28,078 bases of DNA. Source: Acidobacteriota bacterium. Its GTDB lineage: Bacteria > Acidobacteriota > Thermoanaerobaculia > Multivoradales > UBA5704. Below are positions 1 to 6,895 of the stretch, piece after piece (position 1 is the first letter of the stretch; the number at the start of each line of letters is the position of its first letter). The notes beneath the pieces are model-generated. The model searched no databases, was not told the origin of the DNA, and worked only from the letters and a program-made list of their open reading frames with translations. Location of the stretch: NCBI GenBank assembly GCA_040005235.1, contig JBDTZG010000064.1, positions 1 through 28,078 on the forward strand. The letters are read 5' to 3'. A program made the position numbers and the translations under genes.

Positions 1-465
1 GCGGACGCCCTGTTCGGCAAGCGCAGCGAGGTCAAGGACAGCCACGACCGCTACGCCAACATCGAGATCAACTATCTCCTCCAGCGCATCGAGTCCTACC
101 GGGGGCTGGCGATCCTGGCGACCAACCTCAAGAGCTCGCTGGATTCCGCCTTCCTGCGGCGCCTCCGCTTCCTGTTGGATTTCCCCGCCCACGCCGAGGG
201 CGAGCGCCGGGAGATCTGGAAGCGCGTCTTCCCGCCCGAGACGAAACAGACCGGCCTGGAATTCAGCCGCCTGGCCCGTCTCGGATTGAATGGTGGAGCT
301 ATCAACAACGTGGCCATGAACGCCGCCTTCCTCGCCGCCGACACGGGAACGCCGGTGACCATGCCGCACGTCCTCGCCGCCGCCCGCACCGAGTTCCTGA
401 AGCTCGGCCGTCCCATCAACGAAGCCGATTTCCGCTGGACCGAGCCCGTGGAGGCGAAGGCATGA
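1..465 (+). CDS. eCIS AAA+ ATPase (Afp15/Pvc15-like), C-terminal part; 5' end is outside the window
   Basis: Frame 1 is open from base 1 and reads ADALFGKRSEVKDSHDRYANIEINYLLQRIESYRGLAILATNLKSSLDSAFLRRLRFLLDFP. This is the post-Walker-B, sensor-1 and arginine-finger region characteristic of eCIS ATPases. Stop TGA at 463-465. The track ORF 175..465 is only its tail. Confidence 0.93.
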   Translation, partial: ADALFGKRSEVKDSHDRYANIEINYLLQRIESYRGLAILATNLKSSLDSAFLRRLRFLLDFPAHAEGERREIWKRVFPPETKQTGLEFSRLARLGLNGGAINNVAMNAAFLAADTGTPVTMPHVLAAARTEFLKLGRPINEADFRWTEPVEAKA

Positions 466-716
466 AAGTGAACCTCCACATCGATCGACTGGTTCTGGAA
501 GGGATCGATCTCGATCACGCGCAGCGCCCGCTTCTGCAGGCGGCGGTGGAAGCCGAGTTGGGACGGCTGATCGGCGAGGGCGGGATCGGAAGCCTGGCGT
601 CGGGCGGAGCCGTGCCGTCCGTGCGGGCGGCAGGGTTCGAGATCGGCGCAGATGGGAGTCCTTCGCGGTTGGGGCACCAGATCGCGCAGTCGGTTTATGG
701 GGGGACTGGGAAGTGA
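462..716 (+). CDS. Small eCIS-associated hypothetical protein (84 aa)
   Basis: ATGA overlap with the ATPase stop. The pattern 'LHIDRLVLEG...QAAVEAELGRL...LGHQIAQSVY' resembles small proteins typically found between the ATPase and DUF4157 genes of eCIS loci. Confidence 0.8.
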   Translation: MKVNLHIDRLVLEGIDLDHAQRPLLQAAVEAELGRLIGEGGIGSLASGGAVPSVRAAGFEIGADGSPSRLGHQIAQSVYGGTGK

Positions 717-2134
717 TGAGGCAGGCCGCGGCCCCGCCTCAAGCGAAAACCGCGCCGCCGGTCCAGGATGGCGTCCTCCAACGAAAGTGCGCGTGCGGCC
801 AGCATGCCGGCGGTGGGAAGTGCGAGGAGTGCAAAAAAAAGCAGAAGATGCAGAGGCGGAGGAGCCAGGGCACCGAGCCTTCCGAGGTCCCGCCGATCGT
901 CCATGAGGTGCTGCGATCGTCCGCGCCGCCTCTGGATGCCGGGACGCTCGGCTTCATGGAGTCCCGGTTCGGCCGGGACTTCAGCCAGGTGCGGGTCCAT
1001 ACGGGTACGCAAGCGGCGGACTCAGCACGAGTCGTAAATGCCCAGGCTTACACGGTCGGGCGTGATGTGGTTTTCGGTGCGGGAGAGTACGCACCGGGAA
1101 CCATCGCGGGGCGACGACTGCTCGCGCATGAGTTGACCCACGTCGTACAGCAGGCCGGCGGTGGGCGGAGATCGAGCGTCCAGCGCAGCTCGATAGGCTC
1201 TCTGCCAAGTATCGTCCTTGGACCAGAAGATGACGCGCTCGAGAGCGAAGCGCATCGCGCCGCCGAGACACTCGACGAAGAGGAAGACGAAGTGAAGGTT
1301 TTGGAGCGCTCTGTGGGGCCCTCTTTGCAGCGCCACCCGGCGTTTGTGGGTTTGGATGAAGCCGGCCCCGTGGCAGACCTGACAGGCAAGACAGAAGACC
1401 AGTTGTTCAGTTGCATGAAGGGCGCGAAAGCTGACCCGGAAGAATGTGTTCCGCGCCGGTCTCTGGCGTGGGACGACTTCACAGGTGCGCCAAAAGGTAA
1501 TTTTTCGGCCTTTACGACCGCGCCAGTGAAAGATAAACCAATGGATCCGCAGAGGGCGGCATGCCTCCAGCGAGTCCTCGGCAAAACGACGGATCAGACG
1601 CGAGTCTTCCAGGCCCAGCTTGATTCAGGTAAATCGTGGGTCAGAGGTGAATTCAAAGACCCGACCAATCCCTCCAAGACACAATGCGGCAAAAACATCA
1701 GGAACTGCGAATCACAGTTCAAGAAGTTGAAGCCCAATCAAACAGGAACGATGACGCTGAGTTCGAATCCCAATTCAAAATGCGGCGCAGCCATAACGCC
1801 TAATCCTTCTGTGACGGCGACCTCAAAGGATGAATGCAAAACTGTGCTAGGCGCGGAGTGCACGCGTGTGGCCCAACTTGAATCCGAACGGTTACTGAGA
1901 CACGAGCAAGGCCACTTCGACATCAGTTGTGTGTTTGCTAGGAAAGCGAACTCGGCGCTCATCGCAGGTGGAAATTTCAAGGACATTAAGGCGGCGGTCG
2001 AGCCGTTAGGATCAAAAAAGGACAAAGCGTTCAAAAAATATGATTTTGATACTGACCATGGTTGCATTGCAGCGGAGCAGGCCAACTGGGCAGGGGAGCT
2101 TGCCAACGGCCTGCCCAAAATCACGATTCCTTGA
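713..2134 (+). CDS. DUF4157 (eCIS core domain) cargo protein 1 with C-terminal DUF922-like Zn-metallopeptidase tip
   Basis: GTGA overlap (ATG at 716 is an alternative start). N-terminal LQRKCACGQHAGGGKCEECKKK. DUF4157: PLDAGTLGFMESRFGRDFSQVRVHT...AYTVGRDVVFGAGEY...LLAHELTHVVQQ (HELTH 1127-1141). Tip: LAWDDF...SWV...LLRHEQGHFDI (1901-1915)...YDFDTDHG...EQANW, which follows the DUF922 pattern. Confidence 0.88.
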   Translation: MMRQAAAPPQAKTAPPVQDGVLQRKCACGQHAGGGKCEECKKKQKMQRRRSQGTEPSEVPPIVHEVLRSSAPPLDAGTLGFMESRFGRDFSQVRVHTGTQAADSARVVNAQAYTVGRDVVFGAGEYAPGTIAGRRLLAHELTHVVQQAGGGRRSSVQRSSIGSLPSIVLGPEDDALESEAHRAAETLDEEEDEVKVLERSVGPSLQRHPAFVGLDEAGPVADLTGKTEDQLFSCMKGAKADPEECVPRRSLAWDDFTGAPKGNFSAFTTAPVKDKPMDPQRAACLQRVLGKTTDQTRVFQAQLDSGKSWVRGEFKDPTNPSKTQCGKNIRNCESQFKKLKPNQTGTMTLSSNPNSKCGAAITPNPSVTATSKDECKTVLGAECTRVAQLESERLLRHEQGHFDISCVFARKANSALIAGGNFKDIKAAVEPLGSKKDKAFKKYDFDTDHGCIAAEQANWAGELANGLPKITIP

Positions 2135-2310
2135 GCGAGCATCATGATGACCTTTCAGTTTCCCGCGTCTCCAAGGACGGCCTTCTGCGGATACAAATCG
2201 CACAGTCCATGGGTAGGGGCTGGGGAAGTGAATCGGCGGGGCACGAACGGCGCGGTCGGCGCGGCTGGGAGAGTCCGGCCTGGGAACTTTATTCGCGGTA
2301 AACGGAGGGC

Positions 2311-3750
2311 GTGGCGATGAAGCGTCAGTGCGGGCCGCGAGCCCGGGACCGGTCGACAGGACCTTTCGCTACCGACCTTCCGCGCCGCGCAAAAGGGACG
2401 GTGCCTCCGGTTGTCGATGACGTGCTGCGCTCGTCCGGACAGCCGCTCGATGCCGCGACGAGTAGCGTGATGAAAACCCGTTTCAACCAGGACTTCAGTA
2501 GGCTGCGGGTACATACCGGCAGCCATGCGGCCGAATCGGCGAGATCCGTCGCGGCTCAGGCATTTACGGTAGGGCGCAACGTCGTATTCGGTGCCGGCCA
2601 GTACAGTCCGGAAACTCCAGCCGGCCGGCGGCTCCTCACTCATGAGTTAACCCACGTCGCCCAGCAGAAAGAGTTGCCGGACCTTGCGCCCGTGGGAATC
2701 GTACCCGCGGGTGACGCGAGTGAACGGGAGGCGGACCGCGCCGCCGCGGGCGTGACTCCAATCGGGGAGATCCGGCAGAGACCGGCGGAGCCGGTTCTTC
2801 AGCGGCTTGGCGTCTGGCAAGCCATCACCAGGTTTTTCGGCGGCGGAACTTTTGAGCCCAAGGAGCTGAAGGACTACCTGGCCTTTCTCGATACGACTCA
2901 CAAGATCGAAGGGGACTTCGACAGCGACAACAAGGCGCGTGACGTCGTCCGCCGGTGGAAGGCGGGTGAGAAGGATTTCCAGATCCTCCCGGTTTTCACG
3001 CGGGCCCTGCTGATCGAAGAGATGATCACCGGCCATCCCTCCGAAGCGGATCAGGAAGCCACCATGGATTTGCTGCGCGAGTCAATCGTCGGCGAGCGTA
3101 CCGCCATTCTCCAGAAGGTCGGCCTCCCCAAGCTGAAAGGGGCACTCGACGGCAAGGAGCTGAAAGAGCTTCTCGTCTTGGCCGATCAGGAGCAGGACGA
3201 TCTCTCCCTGGAAGAGATGGGCACTTGGTCTGTAGAGGGCATCCTCAAGAACGTCTTCCGCCATGGCGACGTCAAGGTGATCGATTTCCTGATTCGCGAG
3301 AGCTACAAGATATTGAGCTTCACCGGAGCCTTCGACAAGTGGGAGTACCCGGACGGCCGGATCGAGGAGACCTTGATCCCCGGCCTGTGGGGGAATACCT
3401 GCCGCGTCGTCCGGCCGCTTTGTCCGCGTGCCAGAGAGATCCGCTTGAACGTCGCGATGACGAATGCGGAAGCGAGCGCCACCCTGGTTCATGAAGTCGC
3501 TCATGCGGAGGTCAACGCATCCGAGGTCGACGCTCGCGTGGAAGGCGAGAAGTACCGAATCCGCCATGGCATGGCCCCCGCGGAACCGGACTACCGCAAG
3601 CCTGACGGCTCGATCGATGAGCCGGCCATCCGCAAGGAGGTCACGGCGTCTCCTCATTACAACCCAGTGGGCAGGACACGGGTCGGACGCAGGTATGAAG
3701 GGGAGAAGGAAGTCAGAGGCTGGCATCTCCCGGCCAAGAAAGTGAAGTGA
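2311..3750 (+). CDS. DUF4157 cargo protein 2 with shared helical middle domain and C-terminal HExxH (gluzincin-like) tip
   Basis: GGAGGG RBS before GTG 2311 (ATG 2317 is an alternative). DUF4157 with HELTH at 2641-2655, then DASEREADRAA, LQR, and a middle domain containing IEGDFDSDNKAR. The tip has ATLVHEVAHA (3490-3504) followed by EVDAR. Confidence 0.87.
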   Translation: MAMKRQCGPRARDRSTGPFATDLPRRAKGTVPPVVDDVLRSSGQPLDAATSSVMKTRFNQDFSRLRVHTGSHAAESARSVAAQAFTVGRNVVFGAGQYSPETPAGRRLLTHELTHVAQQKELPDLAPVGIVPAGDASEREADRAAAGVTPIGEIRQRPAEPVLQRLGVWQAITRFFGGGTFEPKELKDYLAFLDTTHKIEGDFDSDNKARDVVRRWKAGEKDFQILPVFTRALLIEEMITGHPSEADQEATMDLLRESIVGERTAILQKVGLPKLKGALDGKELKELLVLADQEQDDLSLEEMGTWSVEGILKNVFRHGDVKVIDFLIRESYKILSFTGAFDKWEYPDGRIEETLIPGLWGNTCRVVRPLCPRAREIRLNVAMTNAEASATLVHEVAHAEVNASEVDARVEGEKYRIRHGMAPAEPDYRKPDGSIDEPAIRKEVTASPHYNPVGRTRVGRRYEGEKEVRGWHLPAKKVK

Positions 3751-3761
3751 GGAAACGATCG

Positions 3762-4055
3762 ATGGACAACCCGAGGATCGAGATCAAGGCAACGGTCGAG
3801 GAGTTTGCGGAGCGGGCCATGACGGACCATTTTGAGTCCGGTGCCGAGGTGAGCTATGCCGCGACAGCGCTCCGGCTCGGCGCGCCCGAGCGTTTTGCCG
3901 GGCGCCATCTGGCGATCTTCCATGACCAGGAGGTACCCGCGGACGGTCCCTGGCGGCAGGTCGGCCGGCTCTTACGGTTCAAGATCCTGGAGAGTCTGTT
4001 GACGAGTGAGGATGTCCTGTTCGTCGGAGCCGTCCATGATCTTGTGGTGGAGTGA
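3762..4055 (+). CDS. Small acidic hypothetical protein, candidate immunity/inhibitor for cargo protein 2
   Basis: Lies immediately after the cargo-2 stop. ATG 3762 is preceded by GAGGA; the alternative GTG 3747 overlaps the stop. About 97 aa, beta-rich-looking, no recognisable family. The immunity role is inferred from position only. Confidence 0.6.
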   Translation: MDNPRIEIKATVEEFAERAMTDHFESGAEVSYAATALRLGAPERFAGRHLAIFHDQEVPADGPWRQVGRLLRFKILESLLTSEDVLFVGAVHDLVVE

Positions 4056-4157
4056 GAAATCTCCACGGTTCCTTCACGCCTCGGTAACGTATTCAGCCTT
4101 TCGTCGCCTACTTAAGACAGCGCCGACATTCAGGTTGAGCGGCGAGGAACGGAACGA

Positions 4158-5858
4158 GTGAATCGATCGAATCTGGCACCAGCCCAGCAACCGGCAGCCC
4201 CCTTCCGCCCTGCGGGGCTTCTGCAGCGCCATTGCGCCTGCGGGCAGCACACTGGCGGCGGCGAGTGCGAGGAGTGCCGCAAGAAGGGCAAGAAAGAGTC
4301 CGCTGGCGGTGGGCTTCAGAGAAAGCTGGCCCTGGGGCCGCCGGAAGATCTCTTCGAGCGGGAGGCGGACCGGGTCGCCGAAACGGTGACGAGCGGCCGC
4401 TCCGGCGCACCTTTCGGCATCTCCGCCGCGCGGCCCTCGCTCCGCAGGATGGCGGCAACGGAAGGCCCGGGAGAGGCGCCGGCCGTCGTAGGCGAAGCCC
4501 TGCGCTCTCCGGGACAGCCGCTCGGCGCCGGAGTCCGGGCGTTCATGGAGCCTCGGATCGGTCATGACTTCAGCCGGGTGCTGGTCCACACCGGCGATGT
4601 GGCCTCGCGTTCGGCGGCCGCGGTGGACGCGCTGGCCTACACGGTCGGCAGCGACGTTGTCTTCCGGGACGGGCAATACGCGCCGGAGACGCCCGAAGGG
4701 CGGAAACTGCTCGCTCATGAGCTCACCCACGTCGTCCAGCAGAGGGAGAGCCCGACGACGGTCCAGAGGTCGGCTTCCGGGTTCTTCAGCAGCATCTTCC
4801 GCAGCATCTTCCGCTACGGCTTCAATGATTCGGATATCAAGGAGTATCTGGCGCGCCTGGAGAAGTCGGGCAAGATCGAAGACGACTATGACAGTGACCT
4901 CAAGGCCCGGCAGATCGTCGAGGAGGGAAAGTCCCGTTCCCTGTCGGTGAAGATCAGGACGCTCCTTGTCCGGGAGATGCTGGAGGGCGCCACGCTCTGG
5001 GGCGATGAAGGCGCGATCATCAAGCTATTCCGTGAGTCGAATCCTGAGGACCGCAAGGACATCGTCAAGAGCATTGGCCGGGAGAGGATCCTGGACGACT
5101 TCAGCTTCGGCAATTTCCGGACAATGGAGGCAATCCTTCTTACTCCCGCCGACTTCTCCGACTCCAAACTGGTGGAACGGCTTCAGGCTCTGTCCGAGTC
5201 GGACTTGAGTGACTATCAGAAGAGCGCGCCTGATCCCAAGGTGAAGGAGCAGATCACCAAGCTGATCCGTCTCAAAAAGATCACCACGCCGCTGGGACTG
5301 GACGTCGAGGTCGGACAGGACGGTTCGGCGAAGCTGGACATCAAGGGTGCGGAAGTGACTTTCCTGCCGGATACCCGCAGCGCGGCCGTCCAGGAAGAGG
5401 GGGGAAGGACGGGGGTTGTCAGCCTCAAGACCGACACTCCCGGAGGCACCCTGAACAAGGGTGTCGTGACTTCGGTCGATCCCGTGCCGAAGGTCCGGAT
5501 CACGCTTCAGACGAGCTACAACCCGACCGCCTTGCCCGAAAACCCATCCAAGTACGGGCGAGGAACGGTCCCCGGAGATCCACAGACGGACCTGCGGTAT
5601 CACGAGGGCCGGCACGGAGTCGATTTCCTGTTTTTTCTCCGCACGTATGACCTCCCTGCTTTCCAGGGCAAGGTGGGAGACACCGAGCAACAGTTCCAGG
5701 GGGCCCAGAAGAAGTACCAGGACGACATGAAAGCGTATTTCACGCGTGCGGTCGAGTTCTCGGTACGGAACACGGATTGCCCAGGGAAACCTATTTCCGC
5801 GGAAGGGCTCCGTAAGATCAATTTGAGCGCGGAATTCTGCTCCGAGCCGGCGCGCTGA
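4158..5858 (+). CDS. DUF4157 cargo protein 3 with shared middle domain and a distinct C-terminal HExxH tip
   Basis: N-terminal LQRHCACGQHTGGGECEECRKK, then LQRKLALGPPEDLFEREADRVAE. DUF4157 with HELTH at 4716-4730, then VQR and a middle domain containing IEDDYDSDLKAR. The tip has SKYGRGT...LRYHEGRHG (5601-5615)...TDCPG. Confidence 0.88.
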   Translation: MNRSNLAPAQQPAAPFRPAGLLQRHCACGQHTGGGECEECRKKGKKESAGGGLQRKLALGPPEDLFEREADRVAETVTSGRSGAPFGISAARPSLRRMAATEGPGEAPAVVGEALRSPGQPLGAGVRAFMEPRIGHDFSRVLVHTGDVASRSAAAVDALAYTVGSDVVFRDGQYAPETPEGRKLLAHELTHVVQQRESPTTVQRSASGFFSSIFRSIFRYGFNDSDIKEYLARLEKSGKIEDDYDSDLKARQIVEEGKSRSLSVKIRTLLVREMLEGATLWGDEGAIIKLFRESNPEDRKDIVKSIGRERILDDFSFGNFRTMEAILLTPADFSDSKLVERLQALSESDLSDYQKSAPDPKVKEQITKLIRLKKITTPLGLDVEVGQDGSAKLDIKGAEVTFLPDTRSAAVQEEGGRTGVVSLKTDTPGGTLNKGVVTSVDPVPKVRITLQTSYNPTALPENPSKYGRGTVPGDPQTDLRYHEGRHGVDFLFFLRTYDLPAFQGKVGDTEQQFQGAQKKYQDDMKAYFTRAVEFSVRNTDCPGKPISAEGLRKINLSAEFCSEPAR

Positions 5859-5873
5859 AAGGGAACCGACCTG

Positions 5874-6536
5874 ATGACCAACTTCCCCCGTTTCCCCCGC
5901 ATCCTCAAAGGCGGCCTCGTGCTGATCGATCCGGTCACGGCGGCGGTGCGGCGGATCGTCGTGCTGCAGTACAACCCGGACTCGCTGTCGCGGACGCTGC
6001 AGGTGCAGGGGGTGGGCGACAGTGCCGACCGCTCGCAGGCACTGCGGCTCAAGGCGCCTCCGGTCGAGACGCTCAAGCTGGAGGCGGAGATCGACGTGAC
6101 GGACCAGCTCGAGCTGCCGGACGAGGGGCAGAACCGGATCGCCGTGGAGCTCGGGCTGCATCCCCAGTTGGCCGCGCTGGAGACGATCATCTACCCCTCC
6201 AGCGCCCAGGTTTTGGAGAACCATTCGCGGGCTCAGTCGGGAACGCTGGAGATCGCGCCTATGGAAGCGCCGCTGACGATCTTCGTCTGGAGCAAGAGCC
6301 GCATCCTGCCCGTGCGGGTGACGGACTTCAGCGTCACCGAGGAGGCGTTCGATCCCAACCTCAACCCCATCCGCGCCAAGGTGAGCCTGGGCATGCGGGT
6401 GCTCAATATCAACGACGTCGGCTTCGTCCACAAAGCCGGCAGCCTGTTCATGAGCTATTTCCAGCAGAAGGAGCAACTGGCGGCGAAGATCGCCGGCGGC
6501 GGCTTCGGCCCCCTGGGAATCGGAGGCATCCCATGA
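5874..6536 (+). CDS. eCIS tube-initiator-like protein (N-terminal half of the Afp7/Pvc7 type; CIS tube family)
   Basis: Motifs 'IVVLQYNPDSLSRTL', 'PLTIFVWSKSRILPVRVTDFSVTEEAFDPNLNPIRAKVSLGMRVL' fit gp48/gp54-like tube initiators. It sits just before the LysM and hub genes. Confidence 0.8.
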   Translation: MTNFPRFPRILKGGLVLIDPVTAAVRRIVVLQYNPDSLSRTLQVQGVGDSADRSQALRLKAPPVETLKLEAEIDVTDQLELPDEGQNRIAVELGLHPQLAALETIIYPSSAQVLENHSRAQSGTLEIAPMEAPLTIFVWSKSRILPVRVTDFSVTEEAFDPNLNPIRAKVSLGMRVLNINDVGFVHKAGSLFMSYFQQKEQLAAKIAGGGFGPLGIGGIP

Positions 6537-6895
6537 GCGACCTGTTCCAGAACATGCTGCAAGCGGTGCCGCTGTCCAACACGCTCTTTTCACCCTCCAG
6601 CCGCTATTACGGCATCGAGACGGTGAAGCTGATGACGGCGGAGGGCGAGGAGGTCATTTATCTGCGGCGCCGATTCGTGCCCCAGCCGGAGCGTTTCGGG
6701 CTGCTGCGCGTACACGCCGTGACCGAGGGCGACCGGCTGGACAACATCGCGGCCCGGCACCTGGGTGACCCCGAGCTTTTCTGGCGGCTCTGCGACGCCA
6801 ACCGGGCGTTGCGGCCGGACGAGCTGACGGAGGAGATCGGCCGGCGGCTGCGCATCCCCTTGCCGGAGGGCCTGCCGGGCGGGGACGATGAATAA
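6533..6895 (+). CDS. LysM-domain baseplate protein (gp53/P2 gpX-like)
   Basis: 'HAVTEGDRLDNIAARHLGDPELFWRLCDAN...GRRLRIP' is a LysM fold motif. ATGA overlap with the upstream gene. Confidence 0.9.
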   Translation: MSDLFQNMLQAVPLSNTLFSPSSRYYGIETVKLMTAEGEEVIYLRRRFVPQPERFGLLRVHAVTEGDRLDNIAARHLGDPELFWRLCDANRALRPDELTEEIGRRLRIPLPEGLPGGDDE

